A stretch of 64,000 bases of DNA from Candidatus Zambryskibacteria bacterium RIFCSPHIGHO2_01_FULL_43_25 (GTDB lineage: Bacteria; Patescibacteriota; Minisyncoccia; Phycocordibacterales; Zambryskibacteraceae). The notes under the pieces are model-generated. The model was not told the DNA's origin, ran no database searches, and was given only the letters and a program-made list of their open reading frames with translations. The position numbers and the translations under genes are program-made. The stretch's first letter is position 1; every line of letters starts with the position of its first letter. Where the stretch lies: positions 2,445 through 66,444 of the forward strand of contig MHVD01000015.1 in the NCBI GenBank assembly GCA_001823695.1. Reading direction: 5' to 3'. Shown here in pieces: positions 35,762-45,903 of the stretch.

Positions 35762-36073
35762 TCATCTTTTCTTCTCCCATCTGTCCTTGTCCCTGCCGTA
35801 ACACTTATCCATGACTTTTTTAAAACTATCATCCAGGTCTACCTTATGTGAATTCGCCAGACAAATGATGGTAAAAATTATATCGCCCATTTCATCAGCC
35901 ATTTCTTTCTTGTCTTCAGAAGATTTTTTCTTCTTTGGACCGTAAATGTGATTTAATTCTCTAGCTAATTCGCCAACCTCTTCTGTTAATCTGGCTAAAA
36001 TTTCTAACGGCTTAAAATACTCAACTTTGTATTGTTTTACCCAATCATCTACTTGTTTCTGTAAATTGTTCAT
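35762..36073 (-). CDS. MazG-like nucleotide pyrophosphohydrolase
   Basis: EEVGELAREL...EMADEMGDIIF MazG EExxE motifs. Confidence 0.6.
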   Translation of the reverse strand: MNNLQKQVDDWVKQYKVEYFKPLEILARLTEEVGELARELNHIYGPKKKKSSEDKKEMADEMGDIIFTIICLANSHKVDLDDSFKKVMDKCYGRDKDRWEKKR

Positions 36074-36125
36074 TTTTTATGTTTTGTGTTTGAAAGAAAA
36101 GCTAATCAGCTGATTAGCTAGAAAG

Positions 36126-37514
36126 CTATAATGTCTCAAACTCCTGTTCGGCTCCGCCGAAGTCGGATTTCTCAACACTTTGGAATGTCACCTTTTTATC
36201 ATTGAAGAAAAGGGTAACTTTGCCAGTCTCGCCGTTTCTGTGCTTTTCAATCAATATTTCCGCAATATTTGTTTTTTCCGATTCTTCTTTGTACCTGTCT
36301 TCTCTATGTATAAACATAACGACATCAGCGTCTTGTTCAATAGAACCGGAGTCTCTCAAGTCCGAAAGGCGGGGCCTGCCGCCGCGGCTCTCTATTGCGC
36401 GGGAAAGCTGGGAGAGCGCCAGCACAGGGATATCGAGCTCTCTTGCCAAGTTTTTAAGAGAACGGGATATCTCCGTAACTTGCTGAACCAAAGTGTCTTG
36501 GTTGCGCGATTGGGTGGGGAGCATCAGCTGAAGATAATCTACAACCACCAGCCCCAGCCCTTTCTCGCTTTTGAGCCGGCGAGCAACGGAACGCATCTTG
36601 AGAATATTATTTCCGGGCTGGTCATCTATGAAAATCGGCGCTTGAGAGAGCTTGTCCAGCGACTGCCGGATAGCGGCAAACTCATCTTCTCTGGTGAGTT
36701 TTCCTGTACGCAATTTCCAAGCATCCACGTTTGACTGAGCGGCAAGCATTCTGTCCACAAGCTGTTGGGAGCTCATTTCCAGAGAGAATATTGCCACGGG
36801 AGTGTTATGATTTACAGCAGTTTGCCTGATGATATCTAAGGCCAGCGAAGTCTTTCCCATTGAAGGTCTGGACGCCAGAATTATTAAATCGGATTTTTGA
36901 AAACCGGAAAGCTTACTGTCAAGCTCGGGGAAACCGGTGGGAATGCCCCGAAGACCGCTTTTCGCGTTGTGGAGCCGGTCCAGTCTCTCCCAGGCCTCTG
37001 CCAGTTCATCTTTCAATTCTCTGACGGAAAAAACGCTTCCGCTTGAAGTGACGTCGTAGATTTTTTTCTCGGCTTTATCCAAAACTTCTTCCAGATCGTG
37101 GGCTTCCTCAAAACCCAAAGCGCCGATATATTCGGAAGCTTCAATAAGGCGACGCATCATGTGCTTTTTCTGCACTATTTCCGCATAGTGCTTCAAGTTT
37201 GAGGAAGTCGGCACCATATGGACAACCTCCGTAAGGTAGCTTCCTCCGCCGATTTGCTCCAAAAGGCCTTTTTCTTTCAGACGCTGGGAGAGAGAAAGGA
37301 AATCTATCGGATTGTGTTTGGCGAAGAGCTCAAGCATCGTTTCAAAGATGATGCCGTTTTTTTCCGAATAAAAAGATTTCGGCGAGGCAAGGTCGATTAT
37401 CTCGTAGAGGCCGTCGGGGCGAAGCATTATTGACCCCAGAAGAGCCATTTCTGCTTCAATGCTTTGCGGAGGTATTCGTAATTTTTCTTTGGAGACTCCC
37501 GCCATCGTGCACAC
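36126..37514 (-). CDS. dnaB: replicative DNA helicase DnaB
   Basis: Walker A SRPSMGKTSLALD, RecA-fold C-domain, N-terminal DnaB domain. Confidence 0.9.
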   Translation of the reverse strand: MCTMAGVSKEKLRIPPQSIEAEMALLGSIMLRPDGLYEIIDLASPKSFYSEKNGIIFETMLELFAKHNPIDFLSLSQRLKEKGLLEQIGGGSYLTEVVHMVPTSSNLKHYAEIVQKKHMMRRLIEASEYIGALGFEEAHDLEEVLDKAEKKIYDVTSSGSVFSVRELKDELAEAWERLDRLHNAKSGLRGIPTGFPELDSKLSGFQKSDLIILASRPSMGKTSLALDIIRQTAVNHNTPVAIFSLEMSSQQLVDRMLAAQSNVDAWKLRTGKLTREDEFAAIRQSLDKLSQAPIFIDDQPGNNILKMRSVARRLKSEKGLGLVVVDYLQLMLPTQSRNQDTLVQQVTEISRSLKNLARELDIPVLALSQLSRAIESRGGRPRLSDLRDSGSIEQDADVVMFIHREDRYKEESEKTNIAEILIEKHRNGETGKVTLFFNDKKVTFQSVEKSDFGGAEQEFETL

Positions 37515-37584
37515 ATATTATCACAGGGCAGGGAAGCGCGACAAAGGCTGTTTTACTGCACAAGCTGTGGGGAAGGTGGGGACA

Positions 37585-37634
37585 AATAAGAATTAGGAAT
37601 AAGGAATTAAGAATGACCTGTTTCTAACGGGATG
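37585..37634 (+). repeat. family f tandem repeat fused to a solo family g 3' end (GACCTGTTTCTAACGGGATGAA) with no downstream gene
   Basis: ATG followed by stop after 4 codons. Confidence 0.45.
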
Positions 37635-37729
37635 AAAACAAATTAGCTTTTAAGTGCTTGCCCATTCAAGTTTTACGAAGCAAAAATTGTTTGGGTCAGC
37701 TGTCAGCTATCAGTCCGTCAGTTGACGGA

Positions 37730-39121
37730 TTAAACCAAGCTAGAGAGTTTTTTGAATACAAGGGCGCCCTCAGGAGTGTCGGAGACCATATAGCCGCGAC
37801 TTTCAATTTCTTCACGCAAACTGTCAGAAATTTTCCAATCTTTTACATCACGAGCTCTCTTTCTCTCTTCAATCAGGGCGGTGGTTTCAGAGTCGATGCT
37901 GCTTACTTCCTTTGCTAACCTCTCTATTGAAAGTCCTGTCAGAGAATCTATTGCCACAATTGTCGCGGCGGCATCGGCAGTCGGTTCTTTTTCTATCAGA
38001 TGATGCAATCTTGCCAAGGCGTAGGCGGTGTTAAAATCGTTCTGGAAGTCTCCCAAAATATCGTTAATTATGTCTTGTTTTATCTTTCCGCCGCTGTATC
38101 TGGCGACAAAGTGCACAAGCGATTCAAATGCAATCTGTGTCCCTTCCACAGCCTTGAAAGTAAAATTAGCCGGTGTTCGGTAGTGAGAAGTCAAAAGCCA
38201 GTAACGGTACGAAAGCGGATGAATCTCTCTTTTCATCAGATCGGTGACTCGCATAAAATTTCCTTCGGACTTTGCCATTTTCTTGCTCTCAACAGTGATG
38301 AAGGCGTTGTGAAGCCAGTAATTTACGAATGTCTTGCCGGTGGCGCATTCCGACTGGGCTATCTCGTTGTTGTGATGTACCGGAATATGGTCAATGCCGC
38401 CAGTGTGAATATCAAAAGTCTCTCCGAGATACTTTATTGACATAGCGGAGCACTCAATGTGCCAGCCGGGGAAGCCGATACCCCAAGGCGAATCCCATTC
38501 CTGCTGTCTTTTTTCGCTAGTGTCGGGTGAAAATTTCCAAAGGGCAAAGTCCGCCGGGTTCTTTTTTTCGGGATTGGCTTCCACTCGCGCGCCCTCTCTC
38601 TGACCTTCTATGTCAATTGACCCCAACTTCCCGTATTGCTTGAACTTTGAGGTGTCAAAGTAAACTCCGTCAGAAATTTTGTATGTAAAGCCCCCTTGCT
38701 CCAGTTTCTTTATAAGCTCAATCTGCTCGTCTATATGCTCCGTCGCTCTGGGAAATTTCGTTCCGGCAGTTTCTATATTCAGTCTCTCCAAATCCTGAAA
38801 GAACGCATCGCTGTAATGCCGGATTATATCTTCGGCGCTTTTTCCTTCTCTTTGCGCCCCTTCTTCAATTTTGTCCTGCCCCAAGTCGCCGTTGCCGGTC
38901 AAGTGGCCAACGTCGGTGATGTTCATTACCTGGTTGACTTTGTATCCGGAATTTTCAAAAGTTCGGCGGATTATATCGGCAAAAACAAACGATCTCATAT
39001 TGCCGATATGAGCATAGTCGTAGACCGTAGGTCCACAGTGGTACATTGAAACCTCGCCTTGTTTTAACGGCGCAAATTCTTCTTTTTTTCCTGATAGGGT
39101 ATTGTAAAGGTGGATAATCAT
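37730..39121 (-). CDS. cysS: cysteinyl-tRNA synthetase
   Basis: HCGPTVYD (HIGH-type) and KMAKSEGN (KMSKS). Confidence 0.9.
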   Translation of the reverse strand: MIIHLYNTLSGKKEEFAPLKQGEVSMYHCGPTVYDYAHIGNMRSFVFADIIRRTFENSGYKVNQVMNITDVGHLTGNGDLGQDKIEEGAQREGKSAEDIIRHYSDAFFQDLERLNIETAGTKFPRATEHIDEQIELIKKLEQGGFTYKISDGVYFDTSKFKQYGKLGSIDIEGQREGARVEANPEKKNPADFALWKFSPDTSEKRQQEWDSPWGIGFPGWHIECSAMSIKYLGETFDIHTGGIDHIPVHHNNEIAQSECATGKTFVNYWLHNAFITVESKKMAKSEGNFMRVTDLMKREIHPLSYRYWLLTSHYRTPANFTFKAVEGTQIAFESLVHFVARYSGGKIKQDIINDILGDFQNDFNTAYALARLHHLIEKEPTADAAATIVAIDSLTGLSIERLAKEVSSIDSETTALIEERKRARDVKDWKISDSLREEIESRGYMVSDTPEGALVFKKLSSLV

Positions 39122-39127
39122 AAAGTT

Positions 39128-39218
39128 AGGAATAAAGAATTGAGAATAAAGAATTATGAATAGAAATTAATTGGCTGAGTTTGGGTTGTTCATTATTCCT
39201 AATTCCTTGTTCATAATT
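39128..39218. repeat. family f repeats in inverted arrangement (AGGAATAAAGAATTGAGAATAAAGAATTATGAA ... TTCATTATTCCTAATTCC)
   Basis: Forms long dyad between cysS start and corA end. Confidence 0.45.
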
Positions 39219-39239
39219 CCGCGACAAGCCGATACGGCG

Positions 39240-40154
39240 TTACAACCACCTTTTTGATTTGAAAAAGATTAACATCAGAGCTACCGCTCCGGCCATTATA
39301 GCCATAACTATCCAGAAATCTAAAGGTCGTCCGACTATCGGTAGATAAACGGTATTCATCCCGAATATTGACGCGATAAGAGAAAGGGGAAAAGTCGCAA
39401 AGGCCATTATTGTGAGTACTTTCATTGTTTCGTTTTGCTTTGTCGAAAGAAGGGAATTGTTGGTCTCTCTCAACTCTGTAACCGATTCAAGACTGTTGTT
39501 TATCATATGCTGAATTTTGAAATACTCTTGAAAGGCCGCTCTAGCCAGCACAGAGAACTGGTCTCCGAACATGCTTTTGCCGTATACGTCCAGAGATTCC
39601 AGCACTTCTCTATGGAAATCGGTTATCTTTTTGAAATTAAGCAAGACTCGACTGATGTGCGAGAGGGAAATAACCATCTCTCTTTCTTTGCCTATAAAGA
39701 TTTCCTCTTCCACCTTCGCTACCCAGTCTTCGGTAAAGGCCAGCTCATCCGAGAGGGCCTTGTACATTTCGTTTACCATTGCGAAAAACATTACCGATGA
39801 GGCGCCGGCGCTCTCGCCCTTGTCCAAGACGGAACTCACCTCGACCATCTTTTTGAATTTCTCAAGAGCGTCTATAGTGTCGTACCTTGCCGTGATGACG
39901 AAATTTCGCCCTACCAAAAAATCAACTTCTTGTTTTGTGCTTTCCGAGTGGCTGTGCTTAAAGACCGGAAATTGCAAAATTATGTATAAAAAATCTTTGT
40001 AAAAATCAATTCTTGACTTAACTGATGGGGAAGAGAGCTCATTTGCCGCTTCAGGGTTTATGCCGAATTCCTCCATTATGGACTTTATTTCTTCGGCTTC
40101 CGGATTTTGCAAATCAACCCAAACAGCGTCATTATAATTGTACCTGTTTATCAT
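39240..40154 (-). CDS. corA: magnesium transporter CorA
   Basis: GMN motif + 2 C-terminal TM. Confidence 0.8.
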   Translation of the reverse strand: MINRYNYNDAVWVDLQNPEAEEIKSIMEEFGINPEAANELSSPSVKSRIDFYKDFLYIILQFPVFKHSHSESTKQEVDFLVGRNFVITARYDTIDALEKFKKMVEVSSVLDKGESAGASSVMFFAMVNEMYKALSDELAFTEDWVAKVEEEIFIGKEREMVISLSHISRVLLNFKKITDFHREVLESLDVYGKSMFGDQFSVLARAAFQEYFKIQHMINNSLESVTELRETNNSLLSTKQNETMKVLTIMAFATFPLSLIASIFGMNTVYLPIVGRPLDFWIVMAIMAGAVALMLIFFKSKRWL

Positions 40155-40243
40155 TTGAGAAAATTATACCCCATTAGATAGGTTGTATAAAGGAAGATTC
40201 CAGCGGGCATTTAACTTTTTTACCAATCAGGACAAGCCCCGAC

Positions 40244-41554
40244 TTGTACGGATGTTTCCTGATGTGGCAGTGTAAAAAGTTTGTTATACTATTCCCATTC
40301 CGCAAATTTATGACACGATTTGTAAAATACGTCAGAGAAAATTTACACGTCGCCCTTGCCGTTGTATTTGTTATTCTGGTCACTTTTTTCATCGGCCTGC
40401 GATATGGTGAATCAAGAATTCCCCAGTCAGTTCTGGTATCTGCGCTTGATAATAAGGAGGCAAACAAGCCGGGAGCCGTAGATTTCTCGCCGTTTTGGAA
40501 GGCCTGGAACATACTCAATGATAAGTATGTGCCGGCTACCACGACAGAGGAGATCACCGACCAAGACAAGGTCTGGGGCGCGATAAAGGGGTTGGCCGAC
40601 TCTCTGGGCGACCCATATACGACCTTTTTCCCTCCTGTTGAATCGGAAATATTTGAATCAGACGTCAGAGGCAACTTTGAGGGGGTGGGGATGGAAATCG
40701 GCTTGAGAGACGAAGTGCTCACCGTTATTGCTCCGCTTAGGGGTACTCCGGCGTATGAAGCTGGTATAAAAGCCGGCGATAAAATTATAAAAATAGGAGA
40801 CAAATCCACACTAAATATCAGCGCCGACGAAGCGATAACTTACATTCGGGGAAAAAGAGGAACGCCGGTAACTTTCACCATTTTGCGAAATGGTTCCGAC
40901 GACCCGATAGAGATAACGGTTATCCGCGATATTATAGACATTCCGACGATAGAGAGGGAGCTTTTGCCCAACGGAGTGTTTGTAATTGAACTCTATAATT
41001 TCTCTTCAGTTTCTCCCAATCTATTCAGACAAGCGCTTCGGGAATTTATTGTATCAGGAAGCGACAAACTGCTGCTTGATCTTCGGGGCAACCCAGGAGG
41101 GTATCTGGAAGCGTCAATAGACATGGCTAGCTGGTTTCTTCCTCCTGGCAGGGTGATTGTAAAGGAAGATTTTGGAGCTGCCGGCGAGGGAACAATATAC
41201 AGAAGCAAGGGTTATGACATCTTTAATGAGAATTTGAAATTTGTCATTTTGATTGACGGCGGTTCTGCTTCGGCTTCGGAGATTTTGGCCGGGGCGCTGA
41301 AAGAATACGGCGTGGCGAAACTCGTGGGTTCAAGAACTTTCGGCAAGGGGTCGGTGCAGGAGTTGATTGATATAACTTCCGACACTTCGCTTAAGGTGAC
41401 TATAGCCCAATGGCTGACTCCCAATGGGGTATCAATATCGGACGGCGGTTTGACTCCGGATGTAGAGGTGGCCGTGACGAAAGAAGATATTGACCGCGGG
41501 CGCGACGCTCAACTGGAGAAGGCCATAGAAGTGTTGCTTTCTTGGGGGAAATAG
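40244..41554 (+). CDS. ctpA: carboxy-terminal processing protease (S41, PDZ)
   Basis: RGNPGGY and GSASASEI catalytic Ser motifs; start may be at 40310. Confidence 0.8.
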   Translation: MYGCFLMWQCKKFVILFPFRKFMTRFVKYVRENLHVALAVVFVILVTFFIGLRYGESRIPQSVLVSALDNKEANKPGAVDFSPFWKAWNILNDKYVPATTTEEITDQDKVWGAIKGLADSLGDPYTTFFPPVESEIFESDVRGNFEGVGMEIGLRDEVLTVIAPLRGTPAYEAGIKAGDKIIKIGDKSTLNISADEAITYIRGKRGTPVTFTILRNGSDDPIEITVIRDIIDIPTIERELLPNGVFVIELYNFSSVSPNLFRQALREFIVSGSDKLLLDLRGNPGGYLEASIDMASWFLPPGRVIVKEDFGAAGEGTIYRSKGYDIFNENLKFVILIDGGSASASEILAGALKEYGVAKLVGSRTFGKGSVQELIDITSDTSLKVTIAQWLTPNGVSISDGGLTPDVEVAVTKEDIDRGRDAQLEKAIEVLLSWGK

Positions 41555-41595
41555 GTAGTATGGTTGTCTGTAGTTTGAATATAAGTCCCGTTAGA

Positions 41596-41766
41596 AACTG
41601 CGGGGAACGAATCGGGATAACATGAAAATGATAAATCCTGTAGTAGAAAATGACATTGTAGAAACTAGGAAAAGGGAGATACTTTAAAAAATAATGGAGG
41701 CAAATTTATCAATTATAATTACAAGACAAATTACTCGTAAGGAGTAATGTCATTTTTCACTACAGG
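41596..41766 (+). repeat. hybrid element: family g 5' arm (TCCCGTTAGAAAC) + family a arms (CCTGTAGTAGAAAATGACAT ... ATGTCATTTTTCACTACAGG) abutting rplI ATG
   Basis: Read directly. Confidence 0.55.
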
Positions 41767-42213
41767 ATGAAAGTCATACTCTTAAAAGATATTGCCAAAA
41801 TCGGCCATAAATACGAAGTGAAAAATGTCGCCGAAGGGTATGCGCAGAACTTTCTTTTTCCAAGAGGATTGGCAAAGATGGCTACTAGTTCCGCAATAAA
41901 TGAGTTGGAAGTTCTGAAAAGACAGCACGAGGAGGAAAGAAAGATAAGAGAGGATTTACTTTTGAAAAACTTAGGAGACGTAGAGTCGCTTATCATTGAA
42001 ACCGAAGAAAAAGCCAATGACCAAGGTCACTTATTTGCTGGTATTAATGCGCTGGAAATAGCAGAGATTATAAAAGAAAAAAGCAGACTGGATATTCCTG
42101 TTCAATGCATTGAGCTTGAAAAGCCGATAAAGGAAATCGGAGAACACAAAATTCCTCTGAAAATTCAGGACAAAAAAGCGGAGTTTACTTTAGTAGTAAA
42201 AGCAAAAGTATAG
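41767..42213 (+). CDS. rplI: 50S ribosomal protein L9
   Basis: MKVILLKDI...NFLFPRGLA L9 N-domain. Confidence 0.85.
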   Translation: MKVILLKDIAKIGHKYEVKNVAEGYAQNFLFPRGLAKMATSSAINELEVLKRQHEEERKIREDLLLKNLGDVESLIIETEEKANDQGHLFAGINALEIAEIIKEKSRLDIPVQCIELEKPIKEIGEHKIPLKIQDKKAEFTLVVKAKV

Positions 42214-42247
42214 TTTTTACGTCAGGGTGTTGAGAAATGCCGAGAAG

Positions 42248-42520
42248 TTAGTTTACGTGTACTACTTTTTTGGTAACGAATTTGTTGTCAAAGTGAGTCT
42301 TTCTTTTTTCCGTAATTGCGACGACTCCGTCTTTGAGAGAAAACAGCGTGTGGTCTCTGCCGATTGATACATTTCGGCCGGGCAGAATCTTGGTTCCTCT
42401 TTGGCGCACCAAAATAGAGCCGACGCGGGCCAGAGAGCCGGGCGGCAGTTTTATACCAAGGTATTTAGGATTTGAATCTCGGCCGTTTTTTGTTGAACCG
42501 GCGGCCTTTTTATGTGCCAT
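42248..42520 (-). CDS. rpmA: 50S ribosomal protein L27
   Basis: [17 protein letters not shown]27 signature. Confidence 0.9.
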   Translation of the reverse strand: MAHKKAAGSTKNGRDSNPKYLGIKLPPGSLARVGSILVRQRGTKILPGRNVSIGRDHTLFSLKDGVVAITEKRKTHFDNKFVTKKVVHVN

Positions 42521-42596
42521 GTTTGTTTTTTACTTAAAACTTGAAGCTTATAGCAATAAACTACAGGATTATATACAATAAGCTCGTATACAAGTT

Positions 42597-43070
42597 ATGA
42601 GTATAGATAATAAGGAGAACGGAGTCAAGGACCAGAGAGACCCTCTTGAAGAGGAGTTTGTGCTTGTCGGCAAAGATGACAAAAGAGTGGAAAAAAGACG
42701 CGTCTTTGCCATGTTCACGGTGATTCTTCTTCTCGTGGCCTTCGGCTCATTCGGATTGGGCCGCCTGTCTTCCTACCAAGACCAGAAAGCGCCGACCACA
42801 ATACGGATGTCCGACCAGTCTGTGCCGATGCAGAACTCCGTACTCGGCGCATCTTCCGGTAGCAGCTTGGTAACTGAAGAGACAGAACCCGCCAATACCG
42901 GAGCGGGGGGCGGGGCAGTGGTAGCCTCAAAAAATAGCGACAAATATCATTATCCTTGGTGCTCTGGCGCAAAAAACATATCCGAAGCCAACAAAATAAC
43001 ATTCTCCTCCATTGAAGAGGCAAAAAAGGCCGGTTACAAACCCGCATCAAACTGTAAGGGGCTTAAATAA
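42597..43070 (+). CDS. membrane-anchored protein with C-terminal Cys/His-rich Ada-Zn-binding-like motif
   Basis: YHYPWCSGAKNISEANKITFSSIEEAKKAGYKPASNC resembles Ada-type metal-binding pattern; assignment tentative. Confidence 0.35.
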   Translation: MSIDNKENGVKDQRDPLEEEFVLVGKDDKRVEKRRVFAMFTVILLLVAFGSFGLGRLSSYQDQKAPTTIRMSDQSVPMQNSVLGASSGSSLVTEETEPANTGAGGGAVVASKNSDKYHYPWCSGAKNISEANKITFSSIEEAKKAGYKPASNCKGLK

Positions 43071-43110
43071 ATTTCTAATTACTAATTTCTAATTGACCTA
43101 AAGCAACCAC

Positions 43111-43142
43111 GGGGAATAAAGAATTACGAATTAAGAATGAAG
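43111..43142. repeat. family f tandem repeat (GGGGAATAAAGAATTACGAATTAAGAATGAAG)
   Basis: Adjacent to terminator of GC-rich gene. Confidence 0.4.
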
Positions 43143-43188
43143 AAACCCCGACCCCCGCTCCGTCAGTTGACGGATACGGGAGTCGGGG
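43137..43188 (-). terminator. intrinsic terminator CCCCGAC...TCCGTCAGTTGACGGA...GTCGGGG + T-run (- strand)
   Basis: Contains TCCGTCAGTTGACGGA core also at 37714 and 58785. Confidence 0.55.
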
Positions 43189-43271
43189 TTCGGGGTACGC
43201 ATATTACTCCGAGGGGAGAAATGAGAAGCCCCCGACACTTCGGTGTCGGGGGCAAGGTTGTTGTGGACCGA

Positions 43272-43643
43272 TCAGAGGAACACAGCCCGCTCGAACTGAC
43301 TCAGAGCTGGACGGGGGACTCGTTCGTCGTTCACGAGATGTACCCAGAGGTCGTACCATTCCTTGTGGTACTCCATCCATCCGAATCCGGAATCTCGCAC
43401 CGTCTGATGAGCGCCGAAGCCCTCACTCTGAACATGACGGAGCGTATCACGGAGCTGTCTGACTGGGGTCACTTTCTCCTCGACCCACCTCTCGAAGAGT
43501 TCGGGGTACGCCAGCCAGAGATCCCAAACCCCGAACCCGAAGAGTGCGAGTTTGTGAATCACGTATCTCGGGTTGCTCTCCGAGAAGAGCTCCTCATCGA
43601 GCTGATGCTCTCGCAGAGCATTCCTGATCGACTGGTAGGACAT
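43272..43643 (-). CDS. hypothetical Trp-rich protein, 123 aa, ~57% GC cassette
   Basis: AGGAGGG SD 3 nt before ATG; own terminator. Confidence 0.4.
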   Translation of the reverse strand: MSYQSIRNALREHQLDEELFSESNPRYVIHKLALFGFGVWDLWLAYPELFERWVEEKVTPVRQLRDTLRHVQSEGFGAHQTVRDSGFGWMEYHKEWYDLWVHLVNDERVPRPALSQFERAVFL

Positions 43644-43860
43644 GATCCCTCCTGGAGTGTGCGGTTAGACCGCACCCCTCTCAAGCGAGAGACCATTCAC
43701 TTCTCGAGTGCGGTAGTTGTCTTTCGAGACCGCTTAGCTACTTAGCATTGTTGCCTCCAATATTGAGGTTCAAGGGTCTTTGTATATACTACTATAACTA
43801 CAACAATATGTCAAATCAAATGAAAGTCTACATGTTTTCGCAAAAAATAGCAAATTCATA

Positions 43861-43889
43861 TTGAAACATAGCCTAATTTAATGTAAAAT
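43861..43889 (+). promoter_or_regulatory. promoter TTGAAA-17-TAAAAT for ABC transporter operon
   Basis: Read directly. Confidence 0.4.
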
Positions 43890-43907
43890 TCCGCTGTATT
43901 TCTTTTT

Positions 43908-45200
43908 ATGTCAGCGGTGTCTGCGATTAAAAAGCGAACAGCAAAACTAATAACCACTCTATCAGTGGGCTTTTTCTTGGCAATAAGGCAAGTCAGAAGG
44001 TCAAGCAAAGCCACGACGATTCTCATTATTTCGGTAATGGCGCTGACCTTTCTCAATTTGGTGGTTATAAGGGGGGTCTTAGTCGGTCTTATAGAGGGCG
44101 TTACCCAGGTTTATGATGAGTATTACAGCGGCGATATTTTCGTGAGCAATCTCTCCAAGAAAGAATATATTGAAGACAGTCCGTCTGTTATCTCAAAAAT
44201 TGAAAATTTGCCGTGGGTTACGTCATATACCGCCAGATACATAGAGTCAGGTTTGATTGAGGCCGATTACAAAACCAGAGTTGATTTGACCGAAGACACA
44301 AACAATGCGGCCGGAGCCATTGCCGGAATAAACCCTCTCAAAGAAAATGAGACGACCAACCTGTCGGACAAAGTTGTTGAGGGAGAATTTCTCGGGCCGA
44401 ACGATACCGACTACATAATGCTCGGTTCAAGTTTGCTTAAGAAATATGTACCCGTTGATTCAGCCAGCTTTTCTTTCCTTGAAAATGTGGAGCCGGGGAC
44501 GAAAGTCAGGGTGACAGTCGGCGGCAACACTAAGGAAATGACCGTAAAAGGCATAATAAGAAGCAAGGCGGACGAGGTTGACTTCAGGGCTTACATACTG
44601 GACTCCGTAATGAGAGGCCTTATCGGCAGGACTGATTACAATGTGGATGAAATAGCCGTGAAGATTACTCCAAAGACAGATCCCTATCTAGTCAAAAACG
44701 CTCTTTTGGGGAGCGGAGTAGGAGAAGTGGCTCGTGTTCAGACAGCCGCAGAAGGCCTGCCGAAATTTGTTATAGACATAAAAAACACTTTCGGACTTCT
44801 GGGCAATGTCGTCGGCTCTATCGGCTTAGTTGTCGCTACCATCACGATATTTATTGTTATATTTATCAACGCCATAACCCGCAGAAAGTACATCGGCATA
44901 TTGAAAGGAATCGGTATAGACAAGAGAGCGATAGAGTTTTCGTACGTCCTGATTTCAATCTTCTATGCGGCTGTCGGTATAGCGGTTGGACTTTTGGTGT
45001 TGTACGGATTTCTTGTCCCGTATATCAATGTTCATCCAATCCAGTTTCCCTTTAGCGACGGCATACTGGTGGCTGAAATACCGAACACTGCTCTGCGGGC
45101 GGTTATACTCTTGGTCGTGACGCTTATAGCCGGTTATATACCGGCGCGCATAGTTGTGAAGCAAAACACCCTGGACGCGATCTTGGGCAAGACAAAATAA
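43908..45200 (+). CDS. ABC transporter permease, MacB/FtsX-like
   Basis: TM1 + extracytoplasmic domain + 3 C-terminal TM. Confidence 0.75.
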   Translation: MSAVSAIKKRTAKLITTLSVGFFLAIRQVRRSSKATTILIISVMALTFLNLVVIRGVLVGLIEGVTQVYDEYYSGDIFVSNLSKKEYIEDSPSVISKIENLPWVTSYTARYIESGLIEADYKTRVDLTEDTNNAAGAIAGINPLKENETTNLSDKVVEGEFLGPNDTDYIMLGSSLLKKYVPVDSASFSFLENVEPGTKVRVTVGGNTKEMTVKGIIRSKADEVDFRAYILDSVMRGLIGRTDYNVDEIAVKITPKTDPYLVKNALLGSGVGEVARVQTAAEGLPKFVIDIKNTFGLLGNVVGSIGLVVATITIFIVIFINAITRRKYIGILKGIGIDKRAIEFSYVLISIFYAAVGIAVGLLVLYGFLVPYINVHPIQFPFSDGILVAEIPNTALRAVILLVVTLIAGYIPARIVVKQNTLDAILGKTK

Positions 45201-45216
45201 ATAATTTTTTAACGGG

Positions 45217-45897
45217 ATGGATATCGTTATTGCAAAAAAAATAAGAAAATCTTTTCATGATGGTGAGAAAGAACTTGCTGTTTTGAAAGGGCTTGACCTT
45301 TCTGTCAAAAGGGGAGAATTCTTATCAATAACCGGCCGATCCGGTTCGGGTAAGAGCACCCTTCTTTATCAGCTGGGACTTCTTGACAGTCCGAACTCGG
45401 GAGAAATTTATATTGATGGCATTGAGATTACTTCGCTCTCCAACGACGAGAGAACAATGATGCGGCTTGGAGAGCTGGGGTACATTTTCCAAGATTATGC
45501 TCTGGTGCCGGAGTTGTCAGCTCTCGAAAACGTTTTGGTCCCGCTTCTGATGCAGGGCCTGAGCGCGGACAAAGCCAGGGAAAAAGCCAAACTTTCTCTT
45601 GAGAAAATAGGCCTCAGCGATCGGTTTGACCACTTGCCGAACCAGCTTTCCGGAGGGGAACAGCAGAGAGTTGCCATTGCCCGAGCGGTAGCTCATGACC
45701 CGAAGATTATCTTTGCCGACGAGCCGACAGCCAACCTGGACAGCGAAACGGCGGATGTAGTTCTCCAAAATTTTCTTGACCTCAACCGAGAAGGGCAGAC
45801 GATAATAATGGTGACTCACGAGCCTGAGTATGCGTCCTTAACTCATCGCATCGTCCAGCTTTCGGATGGCGTTATTGCTTCAGAAGTAGTAAATTAA
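45217..45897 (+). CDS. ABC transporter ATP-binding protein (MacB/LolD-type)
   Basis: Walker A GRSGSGKST, signature LSGGEQQRVAIARA, Walker B IIFADE. Confidence 0.85.
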   Translation: MDIVIAKKIRKSFHDGEKELAVLKGLDLSVKRGEFLSITGRSGSGKSTLLYQLGLLDSPNSGEIYIDGIEITSLSNDERTMMRLGELGYIFQDYALVPELSALENVLVPLLMQGLSADKAREKAKLSLEKIGLSDRFDHLPNQLSGGEQQRVAIARAVAHDPKIIFADEPTANLDSETADVVLQNFLDLNREGQTIIMVTHEPEYASLTHRIVQLSDGVIASEVVN

Positions 45898-45903
45898 AGA
45901 AAA

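Noticed and set aside
37658-37918. 86-aa + ORF downstream of the solo family g end
   Set aside because: Fully antisense to cysS coding sequence; the ATG at 37632 that the repeat abuts is followed by a stop after 4 codons.
43137-43745. 202-aa + strand ORF beginning MKKPRPPLRQLTD
   Set aside because: It starts inside the terminator hairpin; the PLRQLTD peptide is just the translation of the TCCGTCAGTTGACGGA stem and recurs wherever the hairpin does. The antisense 123-aa ORF has a proper SD and terminator.
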